A stretch of 64,000 nt of DNA from Thermodesulfobacteriota bacterium (GCA_965216785.1 OZ244197.1:1088001-1152000), one strand, 5' to 3'. Counted from the first letter of the stretch, positions 30,606-42,529 are shown. Notes: generated by a model from the sequence alone, not told the origin. Made by a program: numbers and translations.

Positions 30606-31754
30606 ATGCTGGACAAAAATATGATAGATAGATACAGAAGTGAGTTTCCCATAGTTAAGAGCTCTGTATATCTTGACCACGCGGGTGTGGCCCCTGTCCC
30701 GCTCAGGGTAAAAAATGAAGTAGAGGGGTTTTTAAGCCGCGCATCTGAAAAAGCAATACTGGATTATGATTCCTGGATGGACAGGGTCGAGCAAGTAAGG
30801 GCTGCGTCTGCGGCACTAATAGGCTCTCAAAAAGATGAAATGGCCTTTATAAAAAACACTTCCCACGGGATCTCTTTGGTGACGGGCGGACTTGATTGGA
30901 AAGAGGGGGACAATGTCATTATTTCAGACAAAGAGTTCCCCGCTAACGTGTATCCGTGGCTCGATCTGAAAAGCAAGGGGGTTGAAGTAAGGGTCGTACC
31001 TTTTACAGGCGGGATAATAAGAATAGAGGATATTGAAGGGCTTATGGACTCCCGGACCAGGGTTCTATCTACAAGCTCGGTGCAGTCCGTAAACGGGTTT
31101 AGGATTGATCTGAAGAAGCTCGGAGAGATTTGCAATAAACGCGGCGTACTGTTGTTTGTGGACGCAATTCAGAGTCTTGGTGTAGTGCCAATGGATGTAA
31201 AGGGAATTGGGGTAGACTTTCTTGCAGCCGACGGGCATAAATGGCTCCTTTCGCCGGAGGGCGCCGGGATATTTTACTGCAAAAGGGAACTTGCTGAAAC
31301 TCTCAAGCCTGCTTTGATCGGCTGGATGTCGGTTGAGGGTGAAAACGAATTTGAGAAAATTGATTACAATCTGAAATCTCATGCGGGAAGGTTTGAAGAA
31401 GGCACTTATAATGTCATGGGAATCCACGCTCTAGGCGCTTCACTGGATATGATTTGCGAAATCGGTGTAAGCGATATATATGAGCGGGTAATAGGCTTGG
31501 GAGAGTTGATAATAGAGGAGTCCGATAAGAGGGGTTTTGAGATAAAATCTCCGCGTAATCACAGAAGTAGAGGAGGAATTGTCTCATTTTCAGGTGATTT
31601 TGATCCCGCGGATATTCGGGATAAGCTAATGAAATCAAATATAGTTATAAATGAGCGGGGTGGCGCTTTGAGGTTAGCTCCCCACTTTTACAATACCGAA
31701 GAAGAGATTCTGAGATTCTTCAGAGAGCTCGATACACTCCTAGGTGAATCATGA
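30606..31754 (+). CDS. Class V PLP-dependent aminotransferase-like enzyme
   Basis: YLDHAG, NTSHG, EFPANVYPW, VDAIQ, GHKWLL PLP lysine, R.APHFYN. Confidence 0.85.
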   Translation: MLDKNMIDRYRSEFPIVKSSVYLDHAGVAPVPLRVKNEVEGFLSRASEKAILDYDSWMDRVEQVRAASAALIGSQKDEMAFIKNTSHGISLVTGGLDWKEGDNVIISDKEFPANVYPWLDLKSKGVEVRVVPFTGGIIRIEDIEGLMDSRTRVLSTSSVQSVNGFRIDLKKLGEICNKRGVLLFVDAIQSLGVVPMDVKGIGVDFLAADGHKWLLSPEGAGIFYCKRELAETLKPALIGWMSVEGENEFEKIDYNLKSHAGRFEEGTYNVMGIHALGASLDMICEIGVSDIYERVIGLGELIIEESDKRGFEIKSPRNHRSRGGIVSFSGDFDPADIRDKLMKSNIVINERGGALRLAPHFYNTEEEILRFFRELDTLLGES

Positions 31755-31800
31755 ACACCTTGAACGCAAATTGTGTAGACCACCGGCTTGTTTTTACGTT

Positions 31801-32256
31801 TTAATGAAAGAACCTTGCGCCTGTCATACCTAAAACCGCTCCAACCAGGATGCCGTAGACAACATGACCCGCGAAATGTCCGATAGCCACTTGAGAGCCC
31901 GCATTCCTGAACTGCTCCAAGGGGTGGTGCTCCGCGACGGCAACTACCAGAATGAAGCCGAACGCGACACCGTGAAAAACCCCGATCATGGTCCCCGCTC
32001 CAATGTATCCTGCAATCGAGGTCGGTGAAAAAAGGCTTATGAGAAGCGCGTAAACAAAGGCGATGAGAATTCCCGCAATGAAGTGGATGATAAGCCCCGG
32101 TGTGAAAGAGTTGTCATAAGAGCCCGTGAGCATACTGCCGATAGCCCTTATCATGGGGGCGGGAGCAATACCAGAGCGTGTAACAGCCCAGAGCACAATG
32201 CTCATTCCCGCAGTCCCTACTATTCCTGCGATAATTGTTGCAATAACGTGATTCAT
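31801..32256 (-). CDS. Four-TM membrane protein with conserved-looking His residues
   Basis: AGIVGT..M, G..IHF..G, GHVVYG; AGGAGG RBS. Confidence 0.7.
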   Translation of the reverse strand: MNHVIATIIAGIVGTAGMSIVLWAVTRSGIAPAPMIRAIGSMLTGSYDNSFTPGLIIHFIAGILIAFVYALLISLFSPTSIAGYIGAGTMIGVFHGVAFGFILVVAVAEHHPLEQFRNAGSQVAIGHFAGHVVYGILVGAVLGMTGARFFH

Positions 32257-32548
32257 GGTGCCACCTCCTTAGATGGTATGTGAGACCTTCTATCGTTATA
32301 AAGCCCCTGTGTACAGCCATAATCTCGTTACTAACTTGCTATATTCATAGTGTCCGAATGCGCTTCGGGCACAGTCCTTTGTCTTAACTAAATATTCGCC
32401 TTAAAATTTTATTCCGCCTATTATTAAGATGATAATGTGAATAGGGGGGTTCTTTCAAGTATTATTTAAGACCAGTGTGATTTCGATTGACATAGTTTTT
32501 AATGTATAGATAATAATTCAATCTCATACGTATATTCAGGGGGTTTTA

Positions 32549-34261
32549 ATGAGTAATAAAAAGAGTTCAAACGGAAAACCTGTTAATTTTAGAAAATTCT
32601 CTTCTCTGGTAGTAGAAGGCGCCGACAGAGCGCCCAATCGCTCGATGCTCAGAGCCGTGGGTTTCAAGGACAAGGATTTTAAAAGACCTGTAGTAGGGAT
32701 CGCGTCTACCTGGAGTATGGTTACCCCTTGTAATATGCATATAGACAAACTTGCTCGTGACGCCTCTCAAGGGGCAGACAAAGCCGGGGCAAAATCTATA
32801 ATATTCAATACTATTACGGTTTCAGACGGAATATCCATGGGTACTTCGGGGATGAGATACTCGCTGGTTTCAAGGGAAGTGATCGCGGATTCAATCGAGA
32901 CTGTCGCGGGAGCAGAAGGGTTTGACGGGCTGGTTGCCATTGGCGGGTGTGACAAGAACATGCCCGGTTGCCTTATAGCTATGGCGCGACTTAACCGCCC
33001 ATCGGTATTCGTGTACGGCGGCACTATTATGCCTGGAAATTATAAGGGCCAGGACGTGGATATAGTATCGGTATTTGAAGCTGTGGGCGCTCACGCGAAT
33101 AAAGATATTTCAGACAGAGAGCTTAAGGCAATCGAAACAAGCGCTATTCCCGGACCGGGCTCTTGCGGTGGAATGTACACGGCCAATACTATGGCCTCGG
33201 CGATTGAGGCTCTCGGGATGAGCCTCCCTAACAGTTCTGCGCAGGCCGCAATTTCCAGAGACAAGGAAAAAGACTGTAGGGACGCCGGCGCCGCTGTTAT
33301 GAACCTGCTCAAGAAAAACATCCGTCCAAGCGATATCATGACCAAGAAGGCATTTGAAAACGCAATTACGGTTGTCATTGCGCTCGGGGGCTCGACAAAC
33401 GCGGTGTTACATCTACTCGCAATGGCAAACGCAGTGAACGTAAAGCTTACAATCGATGATTTTACGAGAATCGGTAAGAAGACGCCCGTATTGGCCGATC
33501 TAAAACCGAGCGGCAGATATATGATGGCGGATTTTTGCAAAATCGGCGGCATCACGCCTCTACTCAAAATGCTTTTACGCGCAGGCCTCCTGCACGGCGA
33601 CTGTCTTACTGTTACGGGTAAAACAGTTAGAGAAAACTTGAGAACCGCGGGCTCATATCCCAAAGGACAGGACCTGGTGCACTCGCTTAAAAAACCGATT
33701 AAAGAAGATAGTCATATTGTTATTCTAAGAGGTAACCTTGCCCAGGAGGGCGCCGTCGCAAAGATCTCAGGCCACGAGGGCCACTCGTTTACGGGGAGAG
33801 CCATAGTGTTTGATTCCGAGGAATCCTGTCTTAAAGCGATACTTGGCGGAAGGGTGAAGGCGGGTCATGTAATTGTAATTCGCTACGAAGGGCCCAAGGG
33901 CGGGCCTGGAATGAGGGAGATGCTGGCCCCTACTTCGGCTGTTATGGGTAAGGGACTAGGAAACGACGTCGCGTTAATTACGGATGGGCGCTTTTCCGGC
34001 GGCACACACGGGTTTGTCGTGGGTCATATTACTCCTGAAGCGTTTGACGGCGGCGTGATTGCCGTAGTCAAAAACGGGGATGAAATTACAATCGACGCTA
34101 ATAAGCGGGAAATCAGCCTTAAAGTATCAAAAGCGGAAATAAAGAAAAGGCTTTCCGCATGGAAAAAACCAAAGCCAAAAGAAAAGCGGGGCGTCCTGGC
34201 TAAGTACGCAAGGCTGGTATCTTCTGCCTCGGAAGGGGCGGTTACCGACAGAGGGGATTAA
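32549..34261 (+). CDS. ilvD: Dihydroxy-acid dehydratase
   Basis: [54 protein letters not shown]. Confidence 0.97.
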   Translation: MSNKKSSNGKPVNFRKFSSLVVEGADRAPNRSMLRAVGFKDKDFKRPVVGIASTWSMVTPCNMHIDKLARDASQGADKAGAKSIIFNTITVSDGISMGTSGMRYSLVSREVIADSIETVAGAEGFDGLVAIGGCDKNMPGCLIAMARLNRPSVFVYGGTIMPGNYKGQDVDIVSVFEAVGAHANKDISDRELKAIETSAIPGPGSCGGMYTANTMASAIEALGMSLPNSSAQAAISRDKEKDCRDAGAAVMNLLKKNIRPSDIMTKKAFENAITVVIALGGSTNAVLHLLAMANAVNVKLTIDDFTRIGKKTPVLADLKPSGRYMMADFCKIGGITPLLKMLLRAGLLHGDCLTVTGKTVRENLRTAGSYPKGQDLVHSLKKPIKEDSHIVILRGNLAQEGAVAKISGHEGHSFTGRAIVFDSEESCLKAILGGRVKAGHVIVIRYEGPKGGPGMREMLAPTSAVMGKGLGNDVALITDGRFSGGTHGFVVGHITPEAFDGGVIAVVKNGDEITIDANKREISLKVSKAEIKKRLSAWKKPKPKEKRGVLAKYARLVSSASEGAVTDRGD

Positions 34262-34281
34262 TCCGTCAGCGGCACAAGGGT

Positions 34282-34638
34282 TCATATTTTAGCTCGTAGA
34301 TTTAAATATTCCCTAAGAGCGGCTGAGTTGTTATAAGTTTCTTCCTTTGATGCGAATACGAAGGTGACTGTCTCGTTACCGGGTATCTCGAGTATAGGCT
34401 TTAGTGCTTCGGGGTTTGCGTCAAGCTCTGCGAAGTAACGCTTCTTAAACTCTTCCCATTTTGAAGGATCGTGGTCAAACCACTTTCTGAGCCCGGTTGA
34501 CGGTGCTGCTTCTTTCACCCATAGGTCTACACACGCTTTGTCTTTCGACAGGCCTCTGGGCCATAGCCTCTCTACGAGCACCCTCTTGCCGTCACTTGTT
34601 TGTGGTTCTTCATAGACTCGTTTTAGCTTAATTGGCAT
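34282..34638 (-). CDS. DUF488 (YeaO-like) protein
   Basis: KRVYE...DG.RVLV.RLWPRG..K, APS..LRKWF.H. Confidence 0.9.
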   Translation of the reverse strand: MPIKLKRVYEEPQTSDGKRVLVERLWPRGLSKDKACVDLWVKEAAPSTGLRKWFDHDPSKWEEFKKRYFAELDANPEALKPILEIPGNETVTFVFASKEETYNNSAALREYLNLRAKI

Positions 34639-34709
34639 AGTTCTTCTATAGAGATTACCTGAGGTTCTTATACTTCTTGGGAAATGTGACCACCCGCTTC
34701 TATTAAGAA

Positions 34710-37700
34710 CTATTCAAGATTAGCTGTATCAGTGGTGAGCATGAGCTTCCAGTCTTCAATGAACGCGGTGCCTGAATCATCGGTAGCATTTTGAGTGTTC
34801 AGGTGGGAAGTTATATAGTAAAGGCGCTCGATATTGTCCTTTTCGGCCACTCCTACGTTTGCGTCATTAAACCTCTGCTGTAAGTAAAAGGGCGGTATCG
34901 ACTGGTTATAGGCAGTTACTTGGACATGATCCACCTGCGCCAGTGTTGCCGGATCGAGCGTAACGAGATATTCGATTTCATCCGCTCCAGTGAGTGAAGG
35001 GTCCGTGTAGTAGGGGTCGAACTTGGCCTCTCCAGGTATCTCCGCAAGCTCCTTTACAAACGGCGATGGGTTATTAAAGAAGAAAGCGGGGTCAAACCCT
35101 ACCGGCCTTATGCGGTTGTTCTTCAGAGTAAACACGCGCCGTAGGAAACTCGTTGTGATATTGCCGTCCGTATCGGCAACAAGCTCCTGATATATCTGGA
35201 CTTGGTTCTGCTCTGTTATTTGCTGATAGTGCGGCTGGAAAGCCTGCGGGTTCTCAAGTACAAGCTCACTCGGAAGCACCGGGCCGTCAACGCCCTCGAT
35301 AATGGCGCCCACACTATTGGTCAAACCCGAAGCCCACAGTATATTCCCTTCGCTGTCCCTCACTGTGAACTCAAGGAATACGCGCCTGAAGTTAACTCCT
35401 GAAGGAAGGTAGTGGCCTGCGTGATTTGTGACATTTACTACTGCTTGCAGTTTCCCCTCGGGCGTAATCTCGAGCGATTCTATATCGATATCTGCAGTTT
35501 GGTTACGCGCCATCTCTAAAAATGATTCCCTTGCCGTAATTAGCGGCAGCTCGGTCGCTACGCCAGACATAAAGTCGATCTGCCTGCTGCCCAGTATAAG
35601 GGGGAACTCCTGGAACATCTCATTTAAAAATACGTTTAATCCATGCAGTGAATGGCGGGAGTATTCGCTCCGCTCCCTAAGTTTGATTTCACTGTCGGGC
35701 AGGCGATTCTGCACCGGCGGGAGCGTGTCGTCTTCGATATTGGCTATTTTAAACTCTAGCTTCTGTCCATGAAAAGTTTTGGGCATGTGACAGTCCTGGC
35801 AGGTTTGGTTTAATTTTCTGCCGGGCGCGTAGTCGCTGTTGAGCCACTCGAGGTGAGTAGTTTGCTCATAGCTGAACCCGAGCAGGTCTCCCTGGTTAGT
35901 AACTATAGGGAGGAGAATGTTATGGCACGTGCCGCAAAGGTCAGCTTCCTTAACCTGTGCCCCGAACTCAGGGATTATTCCAAGCGCGTTCCACATCGGG
36001 ACTGTGACGACCTCTTCGTACGGGCCGTAAAGCTCATCGGGAGGACCTGTAACAAAGTTCCCCGTGTAGATATTATCGGTGCCGAACCCTTCGCTTACTA
36101 TATGGTGGCAAACCGTGCAGGAGATGCCGTCGCGGGCAAGTGAGCCGTAGCGCTGTAGGTCTGTGTTGTCGGATCCCGGCCACTGTGTTACAGCGTCCGC
36201 GCTCAGCGGGGCGCCTACCGGAACTTGTGGAGGAGGCGCGATACCAAAAAGGTCTATACAGCCCTCGTCGTCCTGGCCCTCAGTGTCGATCTGAAACTGG
36301 CGCTGGCCCATTACACCGTGGCAGTGAAGACAGGTGGTCTGTATGCATATCTTAGGGTCTTCGAGACCGGCAAGCCCTGTCTCGGAAAAGAAGTTTGTCT
36401 CGCTCTCCACCTGTGCGAAGAATATCGGGTCCCTTCCAGCTTGGCCAAGCGGAGAGGCTTTCCATTCGGCGTAAGGAGAAAGGTTATATCTCTTGGTGGT
36501 GTCGTCAGGCTGTTCCTCTGAGAATATCATATTGGGCAGGAATAAATTAAAGAACGTAGCGTCGTGACATCCGATGCACTGATCCGAGGTAAGGAACTGG
36601 TCCGGGCCCTCAGCAAAGGAGACTTGATGGTCATATGTCTCCGCCGGAAGCCTTGTTTCCCAGGCAGTTTCAAAATCTACCGGGGGAATCTGGTCATAGA
36701 ATTCCAAAAATTCCTCAGTCGGCTCTGGAAGGGGATCAGTAAAAGGCACCTCAAAACCCGGGCCCACCAGGCTTTGTAAGAATTCAAGAGCAACCCTCTG
36801 GGGTAGGTGCAAGTCTCCCGTGAAATTTATGCCGATTAGTAATAGCAGATCGGGGCTGTATTGTATAAATTGAGTGCCGGGGGTAATTACATTTACCAGA
36901 GTTGAAAAAGTAGATTCGCTTGTGGCGGAAGCATGGCAGTTAATGCAGAAGTTTCCGTAAGCGTTGTAAGCCCAGGCAACGTTTGGGTTCTTAGTATTGC
37001 CGTCTACCTCCTCATCGCTGATAAACAAGTAACCTGTCGGATACCAGTTAGGATCGCGCTCTATCGGCGGGTTTCCGGTATTAGCAAAAAAACCGGGGTC
37101 TGTTATCGCTGAGGCGTCTAGTATCGGCGGGTTTCCTATTTGCCATAGAGGTGCCGGGTTTTGTGTTGATGCCGCCCTGACACTGCCCTGATACCACCCG
37201 TCAAAAGAAGCGGAATTCTTTTTTATGTAAGTAGTCCAGTTCGTCGGTGTAACGCTTACGGGTATTTCCATACAGCCGTCTTCGTCTGTTAAGATGCCTA
37301 ACGACTCATTAATAGGATGCTGTTCCTTTATTATCATAGCGCCGTCCGGAATCTCTCCCACACGACCGTCGCAAAGCCACTTTATTACTTCAGGGGAATA
37401 GTAGATGCGTACAGCAGAGGAGTGGACCCCGAAGAACTCTCCGAACCCGAATGCTCCAAGATACGGGCCGGTCATCCTCCAGTTGAGGTCGCGGTTCCAG
37501 TCAAGCTCGTTAGCGTATTCAAGGTTTCTGATAAAATCTCTGAACATGAGATCAAATTCGTTTTTCGCCTCTATATCCGAGAGAGGGGGAGGGTTTCTAA
37601 GCTCGGGCGGTGCCGGCTCACCACGGTCTTCATTTGCGTCGCACCACGCGTCTATCTCATCCTGTGAAAGGTTCACAACAGAGCCCGGACACACCCAGTC

Positions 37701-37820
37701 TTGCGGGTTAGGGGGAATAGGACTATCATCCGGGATCGTAGAGTTATTGTTGTTGTCACAACCTAATGTGAAAATGAATAAAATCAGTATAGTTATAAGG
37801 AGCTTGTATGAATTCAGCAT
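34710..37820 (-). CDS. Multiheme c-type cytochrome lipoprotein with an N-terminal P460-like domain
   Basis: Lipobox TLGC; six CxxCH (CINCH, CIGCH, CLHCH, CTVCH, CGTCH, CQDCH); PDGAMIIKE P460-like motif; GHYLPSG. Confidence 0.8.
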   Translation of the reverse strand: MLNSYKLLITILILFIFTLGCDNNNNSTIPDDSPIPPNPQDWVCPGSVVNLSQDEIDAWCDANEDRGEPAPPELRNPPPLSDIEAKNEFDLMFRDFIRNLEYANELDWNRDLNWRMTGPYLGAFGFGEFFGVHSSAVRIYYSPEVIKWLCDGRVGEIPDGAMIIKEQHPINESLGILTDEDGCMEIPVSVTPTNWTTYIKKNSASFDGWYQGSVRAASTQNPAPLWQIGNPPILDASAITDPGFFANTGNPPIERDPNWYPTGYLFISDEEVDGNTKNPNVAWAYNAYGNFCINCHASATSESTFSTLVNVITPGTQFIQYSPDLLLLIGINFTGDLHLPQRVALEFLQSLVGPGFEVPFTDPLPEPTEEFLEFYDQIPPVDFETAWETRLPAETYDHQVSFAEGPDQFLTSDQCIGCHDATFFNLFLPNMIFSEEQPDDTTKRYNLSPYAEWKASPLGQAGRDPIFFAQVESETNFFSETGLAGLEDPKICIQTTCLHCHGVMGQRQFQIDTEGQDDEGCIDLFGIAPPPQVPVGAPLSADAVTQWPGSDNTDLQRYGSLARDGISCTVCHHIVSEGFGTDNIYTGNFVTGPPDELYGPYEEVVTVPMWNALGIIPEFGAQVKEADLCGTCHNILLPIVTNQGDLLGFSYEQTTHLEWLNSDYAPGRKLNQTCQDCHMPKTFHGQKLEFKIANIEDDTLPPVQNRLPDSEIKLRERSEYSRHSLHGLNVFLNEMFQEFPLILGSRQIDFMSGVATELPLITARESFLEMARNQTADIDIESLEITPEGKLQAVVNVTNHAGHYLPSGVNFRRVFLEFTVRDSEGNILWASGLTNSVGAIIEGVDGPVLPSELVLENPQAFQPHYQQITEQNQVQIYQELVADTDGNITTSFLRRVFTLKNNRIRPVGFDPAFFFNNPSPFVKELAEIPGEAKFDPYYTDPSLTGADEIEYLVTLDPATLAQVDHVQVTAYNQSIPPFYLQQRFNDANVGVAEKDNIERLYYITSHLNTQNATDDSGTAFIEDWKLMLTTDTANLE

Positions 37821-38024
37821 AATAACCCTCTCGTTCGTTTAGATATTAAAATGCGCCGGAAGACGCGTTATGTTTTTGCCCCAGCCTTAATCCCTCTTAA
37901 TCTAATCTAATATATACATCTAACTTTTACAACAAAACGCCTGTTCGAATAGTACAGCGGGGTGTTGAATGTGCTTATGATTTATTTATTCGGATTGCGG
38001 GGGGGATAACTTTAAAAGATGGGG

Positions 38025-38339
38025 TTAATCTTCGATGAGTATAAATATATCATCACCCTCGATTTTGAGCTCAAAAGTCTCGACTGCGTCTACAGCGGGG
38101 AGGCAGAGTGCCTCTCCGGTTTCCACATTGAATTCGGCGCTATGGTAGGAGCATGTGAGTGTTTTTCCATCGAGCATGCCGTCTGAGAGCGGCAGTGCTT
38201 GGTGAGTGCACTCGTCTCTGAACGCGTAGTATGTACCCTCTACGTTACACACGGCTATCATATCCGGTCCGACGACAAAAGACTTTATTTCTCCGGGTGA
38301 AATGTCACCCGTCTTTGCTATTTTTTCAAACTCTGACAT
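38025..38339 (-). CDS. Rieske-type [2Fe-2S] ferredoxin
   Basis: CTH...L...CSYH, F...TG..L..PA; at the end of the suf operon. Confidence 0.9.
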   Translation of the reverse strand: MSEFEKIAKTGDISPGEIKSFVVGPDMIAVCNVEGTYYAFRDECTHQALPLSDGMLDGKTLTCSYHSAEFNVETGEALCLPAVDAVETFELKIEGDDIFILIED

Positions 38340-38351
38340 GATTTGAATTAC

Positions 38352-39695
38352 CTACTTATTAGTTTCCAGCTTCCTTTGCAAGAACCAATCCTCAACAAGT
38401 TCGGAGCAGTAATTTTTAACCGACTCTACGCTCATGCTGTCAAGCGTCTCATTTGTAAAAGCGTTAAGAATTATATCGCGGGAGGCTTCCTGGGGGATTC
38501 CTCTTGAGCGAAGATAAAATATCGCGTCCTCGTCTATTTGCCCGATTGTGGCTCCGTGTGTGCATTTAACGTCGTCCGCATATATCTCAAGCTGGGGTTT
38601 TGTGTCGATCTGAGCATTGTCTGAGAGCAGCAGGTTTCGGTTGGTCTGTTTGGCGTCTGTTTTCTGAGCGTCTTCGTGGACCACGATGCGCCCGTGGAAT
38701 ACCCCCCTTGAGCGGCCGTCAAGTACGCCGTTATAGAACTGGCGGGAATCTGAATGAGGGCTTGCGTGCTCGACCTTCATGTAATTGTCCATGTGCTGAC
38801 GCCCCTTGGACATAAAGAGCCCGTTAATTAAAGAGTCGCACCCTTCACCCGCAAGCACGGGGTGAACGTTGTTTCTGACAATAGCTCCGCCAAGGAGTAC
38901 CGAGTGCGATCTGATATTACTGTTCCTACCCTGCTGTGCCCTTAGTGTCGAGACATTAAAAGACTTTTTACTCTCACGTTCGATCAGATAATGTCCGAGC
39001 GTGCTGTTTTCCCCTACAACAAGCTCTGTGACAACATTTGATAAGTACACACTCTCTTCAAGCGATACATACTGCTCTACAATATTTGCTTGAGCGTTTT
39101 CTTCAGCGATTATCAGGTTGCGCGGACTCGTAACACGGGGCTTTTCGGTCGGGGCGGATACATAGAGCAGATGCACCGGGTTTTCAAGGACTGTGCCGCT
39201 TGGAATATAGACAAATCCCCCATCCTCAAAAAACGCGTTATTAAGAGCTGTGAAAGCCTCGTTTTTTATATCCGCATACTTTGCCAAGTGTTCCCGCGCA
39301 AGCTCTTCGTGTTCCCTTAGAGCCTCTGCCAGACTGGATACGATTACACCCTGGGGCAGGCTCTCAGTCCTGGATAATTCCGGCGCGTAGTAGCCGTTAA
39401 TAAATACAAGTGTAGCGTTGGAGCCGTCCTCGAACATGAATTTAGCAATTTCATCCGAAGAGGGTTCTATGTACCCGTTTCGAGAAATTTCAAAAGCTGA
39501 TCTTGCGATCGGGGCTACATTGGTAAAGCGCCAGTCTTCATCCCTGGTTGTAGGGAATCCGAGCTCTGCAAATGTGGAAATGCCTTCTTCACGTATGGAT
39601 TTAAGCCACTGCGGGTCTTCTGATGCTGTTTCATTTAAGAACTTTGAAAATCCGCTCTTATATCCGTCATCTTTTTCTATTAAGGTAATGCTCAT
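38352..39695 (-). CDS. sufD: Fe-S assembly protein SufD
   Basis: EDWRFT, AQKTDAKQ...LLLS, KPQLEIYADDVKCTHGAT, FYLRSRGI. Confidence 0.95.
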   Translation of the reverse strand: MSITLIEKDDGYKSGFSKFLNETASEDPQWLKSIREEGISTFAELGFPTTRDEDWRFTNVAPIARSAFEISRNGYIEPSSDEIAKFMFEDGSNATLVFINGYYAPELSRTESLPQGVIVSSLAEALREHEELAREHLAKYADIKNEAFTALNNAFFEDGGFVYIPSGTVLENPVHLLYVSAPTEKPRVTSPRNLIIAEENAQANIVEQYVSLEESVYLSNVVTELVVGENSTLGHYLIERESKKSFNVSTLRAQQGRNSNIRSHSVLLGGAIVRNNVHPVLAGEGCDSLINGLFMSKGRQHMDNYMKVEHASPHSDSRQFYNGVLDGRSRGVFHGRIVVHEDAQKTDAKQTNRNLLLSDNAQIDTKPQLEIYADDVKCTHGATIGQIDEDAIFYLRSRGIPQEASRDIILNAFTNETLDSMSVESVKNYCSELVEDWFLQRKLETNK

Positions 39696-39733
39696 AAGCT
39701 CTGTGTCTCCAAGTGCAGTTATCGTTTAAAGTG

Positions 39734-40498
39734 CTAATCGTTTACAGCCGCTTTTGACTCGTCCTCAATCCATCCGTAACCCTTGTCCTCAAGCTCAAGC
39801 GCAAGCTCTTTTCCGCCTGATTTCACTATCTTTCCGTCAACCAGCACGTGAACATAGTCGGGGACGATGTAATTCAGCAATCTTTGATAGTGAGTGATTA
39901 CAAGAAAGGACCTCTCGGGGCTTCTTAGCGCGTTAACTCCGTCTGAAACGATCTTGAGCGCGTCTATGTCTAGTCCCGAATCGGTCTCGTCAAGAACAGC
40001 GAGCTTGGGCTCGAGTATCTGCATCTGAAATATTTCGTTCCTTTTTTTCTCCCCGCCAGAAAAACCCGCGTTCACAGCGCGTTTCAGCAGGCTGTCATCC
40101 ATATCCATTACCTTCATTTTTTCTTTCGCGAGTCTTCCGAACTCAACGTGTTTTAGGGGCTCTTCTCCCTTGTATTTGCGAATGGAATTGAGCGCTTCGC
40201 GCAAAAGATATGTATTGGCCACACCGGGTATCTCTACCGGGTACTGAAATGCAAGGAATATTCCCTCGCAAGCCCTCTCCTCGGGGGCAAGCTCTAATAG
40301 GTCCTTACCCTGGAAAAGTATTTCGCCCTCAGTTACCTCATATGTGTCACGCCCTGCAAGCACCTGAGCGAGCGTGCTCTTACCCGAGCCGTTAGGGCCC
40401 ATGATGGAATGGACTTCGCCTTTGTTGATTGTGAGATTAAGTCCTTTTATGATTTCCTGATCCTCTACATTTACATGCAGATTCTTTATTTCAAGCAT
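39734..40498 (-). CDS. sufC: Fe-S assembly ATPase SufC
   Basis: [43 protein letters not shown]. Confidence 0.97.
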   Translation of the reverse strand: MLEIKNLHVNVEDQEIIKGLNLTINKGEVHSIMGPNGSGKSTLAQVLAGRDTYEVTEGEILFQGKDLLELAPEERACEGIFLAFQYPVEIPGVANTYLLREALNSIRKYKGEEPLKHVEFGRLAKEKMKVMDMDDSLLKRAVNAGFSGGEKKRNEIFQMQILEPKLAVLDETDSGLDIDALKIVSDGVNALRSPERSFLVITHYQRLLNYIVPDYVHVLVDGKIVKSGGKELALELEDKGYGWIEDESKAAVND

Positions 40499-40552
40499 GT
40501 CATTCTCCTTGACAGTGTTCTCTTGTAATTTAATGAATTTAGGTAGGAATTT

Positions 40553-41989
40553 TTATCCGACGCTACCCTCTAGACTGATGCTCAAGAGCTTTTCAGCCTC
40601 AACCGCAAACTCAAAAGGAAGCTCTTTGAATACATCCTTGCAGAAACCGTTTACGATTAGAGAAACGGCGTCCTCGGCACTGAGACCCCTTTGCTGGCAA
40701 TAAAATAATTGATCTTCTCCGATTTTAGATGTCGATGCTTCATGCTCCATATGAGCCGTTGAATTTTTTACTTCTATGTACGGGAACGTATGAGCCCCGC
40801 ATTTGTCTCCTATTAACATTGAGTCGCACTGCGTGTAGTTTCTGGCGTTAGACGCTTCATGACCGATCTGCACGAGCCCCCGGTAAGTGTTTTGTCCGAG
40901 CCCCGCCGAGATCCCCTTGGATATGATCGTGCTCTTAGTGTTTTTTCCTATGTGTATCATCTTAGTGCCGGTGTCTGCCTGCTGCCGTCTGTTCGTAAGG
41001 GCTACCGAGTAGAATTCTCCGACCGAGTTATCGCCTTCTAGTATGCAGCTTGGGTATTTCCACGTGATAGCGGAGCCTGTCTCGACCTGTGTCCATGAGA
41101 TATGAGAGTTGTTTCCGAGGCATCTACCGCGCTTTGTTACAAAGTTGTAGATGCCGCCTACACCTTCCGCGTTACCGGGATACCAGTTCTGAATGGTCGA
41201 GTATTTAATTGTTGCGTCCTTATGGGCGACGAGCTCTACTACTGCCGCGTGCAGCTGGTTCTCGTCCCTTTTTGGAGCGGTGCAGCCTTCGAGGTAACTA
41301 ACGTAGCTCCCTTCCTCAGCTATTATGAGCGTTCTTTCAAACTGCCCTGTGTTTTCAGCGTTGATCCTGAAGTAGGTCGATAGCTCCATCGGGCACCTTA
41401 CGCCTTTGGGAACATATACGAACGATCCGTCCGTGAATACGGCTGAATTAAGAGCCGCGTAGAAGTTGTCGTCTTGTGGTACTACGAAGCCCATATACTT
41501 CTTTATGAGCTCCGGATGGTTTTCCACAGCTTCAGATATGGAGCAGAATATAACGCCCGCCTCAGCAAGTGTCTCTTTAAAAGTAGTTATAACGGATACG
41601 CTGTCGAACACAGCGTCTACAGCTACGCCGGCAAGCATCTTCTGCTCTTCTAGCGGAATGCCGAGCTTGTCGTAAGCCTCTTTAATTTCAGGGTCAATCT
41701 CGTCAAGACTTTTAGGCCTCTCAATTTTCTTGGGTGCAGCATAGTAGCTTATGTCCTGATAGTCTATCTGCGGGTAGTGAACGTTAGGCCACTTGGGCTC
41801 TTCCATTGTAAGCCAGTGCCGATAGGCTTTGAGTCTCCACTCTAGCATCCATTCGGGTTCATTCTTTTTACTTGATATCAGCTTGATGGTGTCTTCATTT
41901 AGACCCTTAGGGGCGATTTCCTGATCGACGTCGGTCACAAACCCATATTTATATTCCTGTTCGGCTAATTTCTCGAGATCAACGCTCAT
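40553..41989 (-). CDS. sufB: Fe-S assembly protein SufB
   Basis: [50 protein letters not shown]. Confidence 0.97.
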   Translation of the reverse strand: MSVDLEKLAEQEYKYGFVTDVDQEIAPKGLNEDTIKLISSKKNEPEWMLEWRLKAYRHWLTMEEPKWPNVHYPQIDYQDISYYAAPKKIERPKSLDEIDPEIKEAYDKLGIPLEEQKMLAGVAVDAVFDSVSVITTFKETLAEAGVIFCSISEAVENHPELIKKYMGFVVPQDDNFYAALNSAVFTDGSFVYVPKGVRCPMELSTYFRINAENTGQFERTLIIAEEGSYVSYLEGCTAPKRDENQLHAAVVELVAHKDATIKYSTIQNWYPGNAEGVGGIYNFVTKRGRCLGNNSHISWTQVETGSAITWKYPSCILEGDNSVGEFYSVALTNRRQQADTGTKMIHIGKNTKSTIISKGISAGLGQNTYRGLVQIGHEASNARNYTQCDSMLIGDKCGAHTFPYIEVKNSTAHMEHEASTSKIGEDQLFYCQQRGLSAEDAVSLIVNGFCKDVFKELPFEFAVEAEKLLSISLEGSVG

Positions 41990-42103
41990 AACAAATTCTC
42001 CTTGGATAATAACTTATGCTCTATCTAATCAACCCCGGTGTATTTCCCTTAATTTCATACCCATGATACCCAGAGTTCTACGGACATCCATTTCACGTCC
42101 CAC

Positions 42104-42529
42104 CTAGTTTGGGTGGGTAGGCATACTAGCTCCTTTGTTTAGCATGTCCTGAAGAGTCGTATCTTCTAAAATCTTAATCATTGACATCTGTACCTTGTCC
42201 CATACGGGAAGCTGTGCACAGTTGTCGTATAAAACGCAGATATTGTCTTTGTCCATACAGTCTACCATTCTTATTTCACCCTCGATCGCTTCGTAGACAT
42301 CCTTGAGCTTAATTTCATCAGGTGTTTTCCTGAGTACGTATCCGCCATCGGGGCCTACCATTGAACGCACTAACCCCTTTTTTACGAGCCTCCTCATAAT
42401 CTTGGCGAGGTAACTCAGAGGTATGTTCTGGTGTTCCGAGATATCTTTCATGCTATGTCTCAGAACCGGATCATTCCCCATATAAGTTAATGATCTGACT
42501 GCGTAATCTAGTGTTTTTGATACCTGCAT
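42104..42529 (-). CDS. Rrf2 family regulator (IscR/SufR-like, three Cys)
   Basis: DYAVR, IP.SYL.KI, GLV.S..G..GGY.L, CMDKDNIC....C. Confidence 0.92.
   Translation of the reverse strand: MQVSKTLDYAVRSLTYMGNDPVLRHSMKDISEHQNIPLSYLAKIMRRLVKKGLVRSMVGPDGGYVLRKTPDEIKLKDVYEAIEGEIRMVDCMDKDNICVLYDNCAQLPVWDKVQMSMIKILEDTTLQDMLNKGASMPTHPN

Noticed and set aside
30606-31754. Class V PLP enzyme as the missing SufS cysteine desulfurase
   Set aside because: No catalytic Cys loop (RxGHHC or SSGSAC); that region reads NERGGALR
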